A DNA stretch of 64,000 nt from Lama glama. Its lineage: Eukaryota. The DNA is taken from positions 18,106,001 through 18,170,000 of the forward strand of contig CM052816.1 of assembly GCA_028534125.1 (NCBI GenBank), in the 5' to 3' direction. Below the pieces are notes generated by a model, which did not search any database, was not told the DNA's origin, and saw only the letters and a list, made by a program, of their open reading frames with translations. Of this stretch, positions 11,897 to 24,324 are shown piece by piece; positions within the stretch are counted from its first letter, which is position 1, and each line of letters starts with the position of its first letter. Made by a program: the position numbers and the translations under genes.

Positions 11897-12850
11897 CAGA
11901 CGTACAAAGTTTCACCTGAAGCCAAGGAAGCTCATGATTTAGGTCCTGGGAGGGGCCTAGCAATGTTTTCACACTGTCATATGTTTCTGTGAAATCTGAA
12001 AAAATCAGATTATTTGAACCACAAATGGTTGAGACTACTATCTTGTCCCCTGCCAACTTCCCTTCTGTCACTTCTCCTCTTGGGCGAGTGGTGCTGGAGT
12101 GGCTGTGACAATCTCCTGGATCTGGCTCCAGAGAAACTGAGTTCTGAACACATTCAGTTTGGGTCTAGTGGGATCTGTTTACGGAATGTGCCATCTTGCC
12201 CAGGCACAGTCACTGCTAGCCATCTGCTGGAGAAACGGCGTCCAAGCACACTGCCGCTGCTGCTCTGCCCACTCACGACAGTGAAGGCACAGGCGATCGG
12301 TAGACACAGGCTTCAGGGGCCTCGCTCAGGAAGGTTGTGAATAGGAAGGAGGAACAAGGTTGAAAATATAGAGCCCAAAGCCAATTCAGGAAAACGTCTT
12401 AATGAGACTTGTAAAATCCTAAGTGGAGAATTTGGTTTTCATCGACACCCTGTCAAAATGGTCAGAAATGCAATTACAATGACACCATCCACGTCCTTCC
12501 CTTTTCTGAATGGAACTGTGTGAAACAACGTAACTGAACGCCCAGGCTGGTAGGGAAAATGCCTGAAGCAGTGCCACCAGCAGTGAGGACGGCTGTGTGT
12601 GAAGGCATATGCTTTATGTATTCTAACTATAATAAAAAAATCACTTTTTAACCAACGAAGCTAGAAGACTGAATTATCCTTCTATGCTTGCTATAAAAAT
12701 TATCAAAAATTGTTATTAATATGAAGAGAGATGGAGTATATGGGCAAAAACTGAAGGAAAAATTATTCAAGAGGTGTCTCAGCCAGTTAATAAAATAGTA
12801 TCATTTTTCTAGATTTTTGCCATATTTTAAAAATTTCTACCCCTTCCCTG
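11897..12850 (+). mobile_element. hAT-Tip100 DNA transposon, Zaphod/MER115-type internally deleted copy
   Basis: The 5' part matches the recalled Zaphod start ('cctgggaggggcctagcaatgttttcaca...catatgtttctgtgaaat', 'acattcagtttgggtctagtggga', 'aacaaggttgaaaatatagagcc'). 12598-12700 resembles a decayed hAT C-terminal dimerisation motif. Confidence 0.8.
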
Positions 12851-13094
12851 TTGTGCTGGCTTGTTTTTCTTCTCTGCTGCCTGTACGTGCTCACGTCCTC
12901 CCAACCAGTAGATCAGAAACTTCATGCAGATCTTAAGTCCTTATGTAGTATGTCTCCAAAAGGATTCCACAAATTCTTGACATTTTCAGAGCACCACTTT
13001 CTCCACTCTTCAGGAGTTTCTCTTTCTAGAGCTCTGTGGCAGACACCCTTCCTTCAGCTGCCCCTGTATCTTCCTTGTAAACAGAACCTTATTT

Positions 13095-13578
13095 TGTAGG
13101 CAGCAGGTGGGCAGCAGCGGGCTCAGGGAAGACTGGCACTTTCACATCCCCAGGCTGAGTGGTTTAAGCTGGCCAGGTAATCCCAGTCATCTGTATTGGG
13201 GACTGCACTGGATGCAGGCACATGACCCCGTTTGGCCAACAAGACTAAAGGGACACCTGCTGGGGGGCCTTGACCTTCATAATAAAAGAAAGAATACTCG
13301 ACTTTGCTGGCCCGGCCCCTACAGCCTGCCTGGGGTATGACTAAAGAATATGTTGCTTGAAGCTTCAGTAAGCATCTCGTCACTCTTAGTGAAAGGCCAA
13401 GAGCACTGCCGGGTATAGACACACAGCCCTGACATGGCTAGTCCTCTGAATCAACCTGGAATCACTTATCTCCAGACTTCTTGTATTTTTTGAAAATGAG
13501 AAATATCCTCACAGATTTAAGACAACTTCATTGTTTATTAGTGTTGTTACTTGCAGCCCAAAGTAATCCTAACAGACA
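13095..13578 (+). mobile_element. Old MaLR LTR (MLT1J-L-like), probable 5' LTR
   Basis: 3' end 'cttatctccagacttcttgt...tgttacttgcagcccaaagtaatcctaacagaca'. The 5' boundary is uncertain. Confidence 0.65.
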
Positions 13579-13579
13579 G

Positions 13580-14700
13580 AAGTATGCAGTAGAGTCTTAT
13601 TAGACCAAAGTCACTCCCAGCCTGGCCTCATCCTCTATGCTGCTCAGTTTGGAGTGCCTGTTATTCTCATTTAGCAAACTACTTATGCTGGTGATGCAGC
13701 TGGGAAACACTTTGCTGAAATGCAGCCAGTGCAGACTGCTGGTACATTTTTAGCCATTGCCTTCAGCAAGGTCTTAAAAGCGGTAAGCTGAGGCTTAACT
13801 AGACTCCAAGAGCAGAGAGAAAAGACGGTGTTGCTTTACTAAAAGGAGGACCTTTTTGCTCATGTCCTAAAACCCAAGTTGAATGTAAGCCCAATAACTT
13901 GGAGATATTCAAGGTCAGAAAGTCTGAATTCTCTACCCAACCTAAAATTGGACATAAAAGAGGAAGAAAATTTAGAAAGAGATGACTGCGGGAAAAGGTA
14001 AACCTGTTGTCAGGCTTCTTCCCACCACCTTCTCATAAATACTCCCTGTCTGACAGAGGGGACTATCATGTCCACTGGAAAGATATATCTAGGAAGAAAG
14101 TTGGGGTTAAGGAGAGATTCCTGTTGCTGCTTTTGCAAATGAGGCCATTGATTTGAAATGATTCAAGGTGAGAAAGTTAAACCTTAAGCCAAGGGATGAA
14201 CACAATAACTTTAGTTACTTGAATGCCCACGGAAGAACTCAGAAGCAAATAAACTGGAAACTACTAAGTTTAGAAATGACCTCTACAGCCAAAGAAAGCC
14301 CTGATCTGGCTGGCAATACAATCCCAATGTCTAAGCAATTCCTTGACCTTGGAATTTGTCACATCAGGAAATGGACTAAAAAATCTATGCATGCCCCAAA
14401 GGAGCACATATCATCCTCCAGGACACAAGGCAGGAGTGTCCATGGAGGAAAGCAGACTAGGAGTATTGTCCCAGGTAGTAGAATCAAGGGATGTCAAGGT
14501 GATTGGTCAAAGAGTCATTTCATTCCCGGGCAGAAGGGTCTTATCAGTTGTGTTGAACAGCAAAATATGCTAGTACTAGGGACCACTATGCAATACTTCC
14601 TCCCCATCCTTTCTAAATACAAAATGTTGTGATTATTAACCCATGCCTTCTTCACTATTGAATAATGGTTTGGTTTGGGACTTTTTTTAAAAATTGTCTT
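13580..14700 (+). mobile_element. MaLR internal region (MLT1-int-like)
   Basis: Follows the LTR directly. 'ttgccttcagcaaggtctta' and the terminal 'cttcctccccatcctttctaaat...gattattaacccatgccttcttcactattgaataatgg' resemble MLT1-int. Confidence 0.5.
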
Positions 14701-14711
14701 TTAGCCATTGA

Positions 14712-14785
14712 CAGAGATACACTTGCTTTTAAGTTAATGAAATTTTGGTGTCAGGGACCCTCACTTGCATGGACTCCTTCCATGG
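14712..14785 (+). mobile_element. Short Zaphod/MER115-type 5' terminal fragment
   Basis: 'aagttaatgaaattttggtgtcagggaccctcacttgcatggactccttcca' resembles the recalled 'aagctaatgaagcttaagcttcagggcccctcacttgcacgggccccttcca'. Confidence 0.6.
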
Positions 14786-14992
14786 TTCAGTGTGGTCTTC
14801 TTGGTGTCACCAGAGATATAAGACACAGCAGCTGGAGGTGTGGAGTGCCATCCAGTCTGGGGTTTACACTCTGTGCCCAGGTGTAATCCTGATGCTTCAG
14901 GCAGGATCAGTGGGCTATTAGCTCTTCTTCTATATCTGCCTGGCCCCCAGGAACACCAGGCCTCTGCTGGGCCACTATTCAGCATCTGGATC

Positions 14993-15356
14993 TGTGATGG
15001 TTAATTTTATATGTCAATTTGCCTGGGTCACCATACCTAGATATAGATCAAATATTAGTCTAAACTGTTGCCATGAAGGTATTTTTCGATGAAATTAATA
15101 TTACAACCAGTAGACTCTGAGTAAAGCAGCTTACCCACCATAACATGAATGGGTCTGATACAATTAGTTGAAGGCTTTAAGAGAAAACAGATGGAAGTCT
15201 CCCGAGAAAGAAAGAATTCGGCCTCCAGACTGCCTTCAGACTCCAAACTCCAATATCAGGGTCTTACCTGGGTCTCCAGTTTGCCAGCCTACCCTACAGA
15301 TTTTAGACTTGCCAGCCTCCATAACTGTGAGAGAAAATTCATTAAAATTTATCTCT
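14993..15356 (+). mobile_element. ERVL LTR MLT2D-like (interrupted by L1; resumes ~16888)
   Basis: Starts 'tgtgatggttaattttatatgtcaa' and contains 'cagtagactctgagtaaagcag' and 'ccctacagattttagacttgccagcctccataactgtg'. Confidence 0.9.
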
Positions 15357-16874
15357 CAGAGCTACAGTAATCAAAACAGCATGGTATTGGCATAAAAACA
15401 CACATATGGATAGATGGAATGTACTAGAAAGTCCAGAAATAAACCCACACACCTATGGTCAATTAATCTTTGACAAAGGAGGCAAGAATATACAATGAAG
15501 AAAAGACAGTCTTTCAGCAAGTGGTGTTGGGAAAACTGAATAGCAGCATATAAATCAACAGAGTCAGAACACTCCCTCACACCGTACACAGAAATAAACT
15601 CAAAATGGCTTAAAGACTTAAATATAAGACAAGACACGATAAAGCTCCTAGAAGAAAACACAGACAAAACATTCTCTGACATAAATCTTAGCAATGTTCT
15701 CCTAGGACAGGCTACTTAGGCAATGGAAATAAGAGAAAAAATTAACAAATGGGGCCTACTTAAACTTATAAGCTTTGGAACAGCAAAGAAAACCATAAGT
15801 AAAACAAAACAACCACCTATGGAATGGGAGAAAATATTTGCAAATGATGGGACTGACAAAGCTTTAATTTCCAGAATATATAAACAGCTCATACAACTTA
15901 ATAATCAAAAAGCAAACAACCCAATTCAAAAATGGGCAGGAGATCTAAACAAGCAATTCTCCAATGAAGACATACGAATGGCCAATAGGCACATGAAAAA
16001 ATGCTCAGTATCACTAATTGTCAGAGAAATGCAAATCAAAATACAATGAGGTATCATCTCACACCAGTCAGAATGGCCATCATTCAAAGGTCTACAAACA
16101 ATAAATGCTGGAGAATGTAGAGAAAAGGGAACCCTCCCACAATGCTGGTGGGAATCTAGTTCAGTACAGCCATTATGGAGAACAGTATGGAAATTCCTCA
16201 AAAAAACTAAAATTAGACTTATCATACGATCCAGCAATCCCACTTCTGCATATTTATCCACAGTAAACTCTAATTCAAAAAGATACCTGCACCTCAATGT
16301 TCATAGCAGCACTATATACAATAGCCAAGACATGGAAGCAACCTAAATGTCCATCGATAGATGGCTAAAGAAGCTGTCATATATTTATATAACCAAATGC
16401 TACACAGCCATAAAATATGCCATTGTAGCAACATGGATGGATCTAGAGATCATCATTCTAAGTGAAGTAAGCCAGAAAGAGAAAGAAAAATACCATATGA
16501 TATCACTCATATGTGGGATCTAAAAAAAAAGAAAGAAAAAAGAGGACACTGATCAATTCATCTACAAAATAGAAACAGACTCACATACATGGTAAACAAT
16601 CTATGGTTACCAAGGGAAAGGGGGTGGGAAGGGATAAACTCGGGAATTTGAGATTTACAAATGTTAGCCACTATATATAAAAATAGATTAAAAAAACAAG
16701 TTTCTTCTGTATAGCACAGGGAACTATATAAAATATTTTGTAATAACCATCAATGAAAAAAGAATATGAAAACAAATATATGTATGTATATGCATGACTG
16801 GGACATTGTGCTATACACCAGAAATTGACACATTGTAACTGTCACTCAATTTTTAAAAATTTAAAAATAAAATA
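15357..16874 (+). mobile_element. Young 5'-truncated LINE-1 (ORF2 C-terminal part + 3' UTR + A-rich tail), cetartiodactyl/camelid type
   Basis: ORF 15723-16049 gives L1 ORF2 peptide (WEKIFAND...[15 protein letters not shown]...HMKKCS.SLI.REMQIK) with frameshifts. 13-bp TSD aaaatttatctct (15344-15356) / aaaattaatctct (16875-16887) at a TT|AAAA site. Confidence 0.95.
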
Positions 16875-16894
16875 AAAATTAATCTCTTTCCCTT

Positions 16895-17030
16895 TATATA
16901 TTATATATATCTTTATATATAGGCATATATATATGTATGCCTATCTTTTTATTTATTATATTAAGCTATATATATATTAAGTGTTCTCTCTCTATATATA
17001 TATATTAAGCTATATGTATATATGGCTATC
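16895..17030. repeat. (TA)n-rich low-complexity tract (MLT2D internal microsatellite)
   Basis: Imperfect TA repeats directly after the L1 3' TSD. Confidence 0.85.
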
Positions 17031-17099
17031 TTTAACCCCAAAGAGAAATACCTGATTGAGAGGCAGAGAGCCTGCTCTCCTCCTTGCTTGGAGGCCAAG

Positions 17100-17552
17100 A
17101 CAACTGAGGATTCATGCCCATTACCCCAGGTCAGGAGTGGTGGGGCCAACAGAAACTAGAAGTGCCAAGGACCAGGTTGACTTGCTTTCCATGGGACCTG
17201 TAATCTGCACCTGTGTCCTCTGAGATCAAAGGGCTGAAATTCTCCCGCAGTTCATCTTGAAGCATAAAGATCTGCCTGAGTAAGAAAATGCAGAGAGTGT
17301 TACCACTGAGGTATTACATGTAAGAAAACAAGCTGTAAAGTTGGATAAAATTATCTAGGGCCTTTTCTGTGCATGGCAGTCCAGACAGATGGAAAAACCA
17401 TGGCTCCACCATGATGTGGCTGAACCCCCAGCTCCAACCCCAAATCCTGCCTTACCTCTTGGCTTGCTGTTATGCAAGATCAGCATTCCTCTTATTTTTA
17501 AAGTCAGTTAGAGTCAATACTTCTTGCATTTAAAATCATCTTAACTGATAAG
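17100..17552 (+). mobile_element. Old MaLR LTR (MLT1J-L-like), possible 3' LTR
   Basis: 3' end 'ccttacctcttggcttgctgttatgcaagatc...ttaaagtcagttagagtc...cttgcatttaaaatcatcttaactgata'. The 5' boundary is uncertain. Confidence 0.5.
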
Positions 17553-20500
17553 GTCTGTGGCTTAAATTCAATACATCAAAGTTCTTGTCAGCTTGTTTTC
17601 GTGAAAATATACCATTTTAGGAATTTTATAATATTCACTCAGCAGGTTTACATACACTAGTCTTTATTTCATTGTTATAACATTTACGATGGTAAGATTG
17701 CTTAATTACTTGCAACTTTGAAAGCATATGCATTTCTCAACATCTTGATAATGCTTGCTGTAGTGTTCATAGTTTACTTCACACACCATCCTTTTGGTCT
17801 TTGAATAAGTAATATACCAATTGTCATTTTTAATAGTAAGTCAAACTACTACACAGTTTAATAAATACTTACTGAAATATAAAAACATTCATTTGCTTTC
17901 TGAAAAAAATACTAGCATCTATTTTTAACTTAAAAAATAATCTAGAGAAAGAAAGTAGGCTTCATCATTGTTTCTGTAAATACACTAGTGATAAGATTGC
18001 ATGTTGTGAGAGATGTAAGCAATTCACTGTGATTCTAGTGAGCAATTTCCTTTAACTTGTTTCTGTTAAATGCAAACAGCCAAAGTCTGCAAAGTTTTTG
18101 TGCTCCCAGATAATCTGGGACATAAATAGGGAGCTGAAGTCTAGAGTGGCCACTGAGGTGACATGAAGGAGGCAGAGAAAGCCAACTGCTTTCCCTATAA
18201 TCATAGCTGAGCCTTTAAGATTTGGTTCAGATTCCTCAGGGATTAGGAAATCCAGGCCCCTGTCTGGCTAAACTAGACAGGAAAGGTGGTGTATCAGTTT
18301 TCTCCTTGAAAACTGCCAGCAATGTAAGTTCCTAGCCTCAACAGCATCCAATTCTATGGTTATAGCTCCTGAGAGCCAAGAGACTACCTCATGTCTCCTT
18401 GAAGTGTGTTCCTTTTTCATTAATGTCTACTGTTGCCTCCTTTTGTTCCACCCAACACCAACCCCAGCGATGGACAAGAAACGATTCCAAAACTCTTTAT
18501 AATTTGTTTTTCTAAAACCATCTTTGTTTCAACACTCTGACTGCCTTAGGACTCTTGAGTCACTTCTGTTGTCCCTGTACCCTCAGTCACTTATCCTAGG
18601 CTCAGAACTATCAATGACATCAAACGCATGTGATATCGTCCACTGCAACCCTTCCCTTTTCCTCATATTTCTGTTTTGCTCTCTTGGACCATTTTTTCCC
18701 ATCCCAGCACTGAAACACATCATCCTCTTAGCATCTTCTCACAGTAAATTATATCTAAGTTCCCTGCCACAGTTTGCATGACCTGGAAGCAGTTGGTCAA
18801 GGTGTTGAAAAGGACTGTCAACTGCATCACTGTCAAGAGGCCTCCCCAGGGAATGCTCAGTCTGTTCAATTAACCACAGTCCAGGGGCTGGCCTTCAGTC
18901 TTCCAGGTCAGATGCCTAATTTTGCTTTACTCTCCAAAAAAGGGCTGCCTCTTGGGACAGACTCACCCCATGCCAGCTCTCACAGCCTGAAGCAGACTCA
19001 GAGGGCCAATTCTATGGTGACAATATCACTCTCCCTGTGCTATGTCATTCCTAATGCTGTCTCTCTCTCTCTCTCCCCAAAAGAGAGAAACGTAAGAATC
19101 CAAACTGAAGTTAGAAGATTCCTGTGGGTATGAAATCAAGTTTAAAAGTTCTTAAGACATATTGCCAAGTCTCTTTCCAGGAGGGTAATATATACTAACT
19201 TACAATCTCACTGGTTGTTTATCAGCACTCGTTTTGATAGACTCTTGTCAATACTGGTCATAACTGAAATATTTTTAGTTAATTTGTAGGCTAGCATCCA
19301 TTCTCATCATCTCCACTGGTATCAAATGACATTTTGAAATGCTCTTTCCATCTTTGGGGTGTATTACCAGTATCGTGTCAATCAATGTCATACACAGTTC
19401 TAATCAAGAGGTTATTTTTAGTCTTTTCGAGGCTCCACAGTAAGATAACTGGATAGAACTGACCTTCAGAGCTTTATCTGAGGAAGAGTTCTCTGGATAT
19501 CCCTAAAGCTGAATTTGGAAAGAAACTTTTTACCAGGGAGCAAAATAAAAATATTTTTGATTCTGATTCTAAAGCACTAGATTGTAATCTTTCCCCAACC
19601 ACATGCACATTCTATGCTGAAAATACTGGTGTATAGAGATTCACTTGCGTCAGCTTTATACAACCATCCGTAAGAACTTCAGTTACAGCATGAGTCACTT
19701 CTATTAGCTATTATCATATAGAGAAGAAATCAGGTTTGGGGAATAGAAAAGAGCAAAGTAGAATGGAGGTTTTTATGGTGAAGACTTGGGAGAGAATAAA
19801 AAAAGCTAAAGGAGGTCAGCCAGGGCTCAGAGCTACACTCTGACGTGTTTGGATGAGAGAGCTGAGCTGTACAAATCTCTAATAAGAGGATACTGGTGGA
19901 TGTGCTTGTGCTTAGGGCTCAGTCCCTGGACCACAACAAGACCAGGCAGATGGGAGTCAAGAAGTCTGAGTCATCTCATCCAAAAGAAATTAAACATTTA
20001 GATTGAAAATCGAATAGGAAAAAAATGATACATCTATGACAAAGCAAAATTAATTTCCAAGCATTCTTCGGAAGCCTCAAGGAAGGGTTATATTAAATTT
20101 TTCCATGACACGTAAATTAATTGTACAGTACCAGTCACTATTAATTTAAAATGTATTAAACATAGTTTTCTTTTAATTGGATTGAGTTGGGTTTATTTTG
20201 TATTGATGGATGTGAAACTTTTATAAGGGCATTCATAGTGTTTCTGTGATGTTGGTCCTCTCAATTCTACTTTTCCTATGGTGTTAAGATTCTCCACCAT
20301 GCATTTTTCTTTACTCATACAATTTTTAGAGAAAGGTACTGATATTGTGAGTGATGCTGGAATTACCATGCTTTCTTCCTCCCGATGCGGTTTCATTTCT
20401 CAAGTATCACACTGTTAGAATTCAGCTGGCATGACACAAAAGTGTGGTTCCACTTGTCACTAAGGGGCCTTTAGAAGCCTCTGGATCCATAGCTGTTTGC

Positions 20501-20837
20501 AGAAGAGACCTCTTGGGTGGACAGTTGGGGACTTTACCTTGCCTTCTAATCATCCGACTTGCTCAGTTTCCTCAGTTCATTACTCTCTTGGCTTCATGTC
20601 AATCTCCTAACCTCTATTTCTATGTCCCTCTCTCCCCACCCCACATATGCACATACCCTGTTTCTGAGTCATTGCACAGATAGCCATTTCATCAGGGCAC
20701 TCCCTGGAACCATTAACTTTTCTCTCTCCCATCCTCCTGCCTCATCCATCCCTACCACAGTCAGCCTTCCTGTCTGGAGTCTCAGATCCCTAGCCACTGA
20801 GCATCATAGTCCTGCAACAAAGGGACAAGTCAATTTG

Positions 20838-21058
20838 GCAGAGTGATTAAGTTCATTAACTTGAGCATCAAACTGTACGGCTCCAGTTAAAAAATGAGTG
20901 TTTATTAGTTATGTGACTTGGGCAAGTTACTAAATCTGTTTGAATTTCAGTTTCCTCATCTACCAAATAGATGTAATAAAAGTACCTACTTAGACTGTTA
21001 AGCTAAGGGTTGGGCATACAGTTGGCGACCAACAAACATTAAATGTTATTACTGCTAC
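20838..21058 (+). mobile_element. MIR
   Basis: 'tatgtgacttgggcaagttactaaatctgtttgaatttcagtttcctcatctaccaaatag'. Confidence 0.85.
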
Positions 21059-21074
21059 ATGATGATGTGATGAC

Positions 21075-21275
21075 GAACCAGGCACTCTGCTAGGCACTGT
21101 AGTATCTCCTTTAAACTTCACAACAATTCTTTGAAGGTGATGGCATCTCCATTTTAGAGATGAGGAAGATGAGGTTTCCCGGGTAAGGGAAGAGGGTTAC
21201 TTTGTTACGCAGTGTCACCAGATCACAGCTATAGGACTCCAAAGCATGTTTCCTTTTTCCCATACCACACTGTGC
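21075..21275 (-). mobile_element. MIR
   Basis: 'ccaggcactctgctaggcact...ctccattttagagatgaggaagatgagg'. Confidence 0.8.
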
Positions 21276-22837
21276 TCTCAGTGTACATTAAAAAAGGAAC
21301 AGACAGGTTTTCAAACTAGTATTTCCTGAGCTACATACCAGGCTGTGCTGCCTTGTTTTCCTGGCATCCTCTCATTAAAGCCTCACTGAACACTTCTCTG
21401 TTCAAACAATTATTAATTATACATATAACTTTAGGAAAGCCATTCACAATTCCAATGAGACGTTTAGGCACAAAGGAAAGTCTCAATTTTCTCTCCAACC
21501 AGGGGAAAGTTCTAGGGCACTTCAGTGCCACCTGACCCTTCTGCATGCTTCATTGGTGGTGGCAACCAGATGCTACAATTCTTAATCCCATTTTTTTTTT
21601 ACTGCCAGCTTATTCTGCACTGTTTTCCCATCCTCCTCAAGTTGGAGCACTTTGAATTATTGACACACAGATGCCAATGTTTCAGGGGTAAGACTGTGCA
21701 GTTAGAATGAAATTAAGTGTGTCAACAGTGATGCATAATGGAAGGACTGGCGTTTTCTGGTTGGATATTGGATTTTGTTCCATTGTGGGATTCAAATTAG
21801 CTCATAAACATTGGATGATATATGATAAATATTCCCTCTAAATAAAGCATACAGATTCTTCAGAGATGAGATTTATCTACCTGCTTGGGAATACTCTACA
21901 CTTATGCTTTATTCAGTGCCATGACTAAGTCACAACAAAGCCTCAACCTGGCAGTGAGGCTGCTCTCCTGAGACATGACTGTTCTCTCTAATATAATTCA
22001 GGCGGGGGTCTTAGGGCACTACACTGGAAGATTGCAAGGCAGGCAGACAAAAGTCCATTTGCATGAGGGACTGGGGATGCTCATGGGAAAGAACTCATCC
22101 CCGGGGAAAGAGGAGCCAAGTTCCACCAGCTTCACTCTATTGCTGAGCTTTGCTATTGGCGCTGGGTCTGAGCATGGCATGGTGGCTGCCTATCATTCGA
22201 TGTCTCAGGCTTAGCCTCACCCCCATGCATTCATGTCTGGGTTTTAAGGTGAGAGGACACTGCCAGCAAATACTGAATGTTCTGTATTGCTAAAGTAAAA
22301 CAAAAGGCAAAATCCAAGCTGGGTCCTTGAGGACAATGTTCCACCATAGGGTGGCAAAGATGTGCTCCCTCACATCAACCTCGTCCACCACACAGCTCTG
22401 GTCTCAGCTCCAGGATGGCTTTGGCAGTCCCTGTGCAAGTTGGTGGAAGTGGCAGCAGTGGATTATGGGAAATGGCTGTGTTTAATGAAAAGTACAGGCA
22501 AGCCTAGCAGAAGTGTCGATGGTCTAGAGATGATTTAGGTCTGGACAAGGCAATGGAATTCACTGGACTTGATTGTACCCAGGTGAAAGGAATGCCAGTA
22601 TGTGGCACTTAACTACAGAGGCTGACTGAACTTGCCTGTGAGCACATGTGTAAGCCGTGATGTAATTCCCAGGAATGGTGTCAGGGACTTTCCAGGAGGC
22701 TGGGAAGAAAGGGCCTGGGAAATACAGCTTATTACTGTAACCATGACTCCGTGTATAAGTGACCAGGTGAGGCCTGGCTGCTTTGGGCCTCAGGGAACTA
22801 TGTCACATGATAGTATTAATTATAACAGTGTGTGTCA

Positions 22838-23994
22838 CCTCCCAAAACGGATCAATGTCCTAAACCTAAAACCTGAAACTATAAAACTGTAAGAAGAAAA
22901 CAGGGGGAAAGCTTCATGACATAGTATTTGGCAATGATTCCTTGGAATATGATACCAAACGCAAGAGTAAGAAAAATAAATCAAATGGACTACATCAAAA
23001 TTAAATACTTCAACGCATCAAAGAACACAATTAACAGAGTGAAAATACAACCCAGAAATGGGAGAAAATATTTGTAAATCATATAGTTAACAAGGAGTTG
23101 ATCCAGAGTATACAGAGAACCCACACAACAACAGCCAAAAAAAAAAAAAACTCAATTAAAAAATGGGCAAAGGACGTGCACACACATTTTTCCAAAAATA
23201 GGCCAACCAGCATATGCAAAGATGCTCCATATCACTAATCATTAGGGAAATGCAAATCAAAGCCAAATGAGGTATCACCTCACATCCATTAGGATGGATA
23301 CTATTTTTTAAAAAACCAGAAATAACAAGTATCAGCTAGGACATGGAGAAACTGGAATACTTGTGCACTGTTGCTGTGATAGTAAAATGGCACAGCTACT
23401 AGGAAAAACAGTATGGCAGTTCCTCAGAAAATTGAAAATACAGTTACTATCTGACCCAGCAATTCCACTTCTGGTATATACTTCTTTGGTATACACCCCA
23501 AAGAACTGAAAGCAAGGTGTTGACGAGCTATCTAAATGTTCATTATTCCCAATAGCCAAAAGCAACCCAAGGGGGTCCATCAATGGATGAATGAATAAAC
23601 AAAATGTGGAATATACAGAGGATGGAATATCATTCAGACTTAAAATGGAAGAAAATTCTAACACATGCTACATGGATTGAACCCAGTGGACATGATGCTA
23701 AGTGACAACCAGTCACAAAAAGGCAAATACTATATGATTCCAATTATGTGATCTACCTAGAGCAGTCAAATTCAGAGAGACAGAAAGTACAATGGTAAGT
23801 TCCAGGGGCTGGTGGAGTCAGAAACAGGAACTCATTCAATGGGCACAGAGTGGCAGTTTGGAAAGATGAAAAAGGTCTGGAGATTTGTTGTACAACAATG
23901 TGAACAGACTTAACAACACTGAACTACACACTTCAAAATGATTTAAGATGGTAAATTATATATTCTGTGTATTTTTACCACAATTTAAAAAAAA
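22838..23994 (+). mobile_element. L1MB-type ORF2 end + 3' UTR
   Basis: 'acctgaaactataaaactgtaagaagaaaac', 'atcactaatcattagggaaatgcaaatcaa' and 'gcagtcaaattcagagagacagaaagt'; ends 'atggtaaattatatattctgtgtatttttaccacaatttaaaaaaa'. Confidence 0.92.
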
Positions 23995-24154
23995 GAGTGT
24001 GCCAATTTGAGAGCATTCTTTCAAAACCAAGCTTTCTTCACTGCCACTTGCGGTCAGTGTGGTAAGCCATCTGCTCCTTCCCTCACCCTACCCCACCTTT
24101 CCACAGATGCCTAGTTTGGTCTGCAAAAGTCAAGGGAGTGTGGCTGGTTCAGAG

Positions 24155-24324
24155 CAGCGCTACACAAACTGGGGAAACTGACAATGTCTGGAGACATTGT
24201 GGTTGTCACGACTAGGGAGGTACTTCTGGCATCTCCTAATAAGAGGCCAGGGACGTTGCTAAACACCCTCTGCACAGCATAGTCTCCCCCAAAGTGTCAC
24301 TAGTGCTAGGGCCGAGAAACCCTG
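24155..24324 (+). mobile_element. MER20 (hAT-Charlie)
   Basis: 'caatgtctggagacattgtggttgtcac', 'agaggccagggacgttgctaaacaccct' and the end 'gagaaaccctg'. Confidence 0.88.

Noticed and set aside
14168..14632. Longest ORF in the window (154 aa)
   Set aside because: Starts at GTG, has no recognisable domain and lies within putative MaLR internal sequence. Best explained as a chance or relic open frame.
15371..16297. ORFs 15371-15694 (-), 15723-16049 (+) and 15926-16297 (-) as genes
   Set aside because: Frameshifted L1 ORF2 fragment and its antisense frames, not host genes.
22340..22360. CCACCATAGGGTGGCA as a CTCF site
   Set aside because: Spacing does not fit the core; several key positions mismatch in any register.
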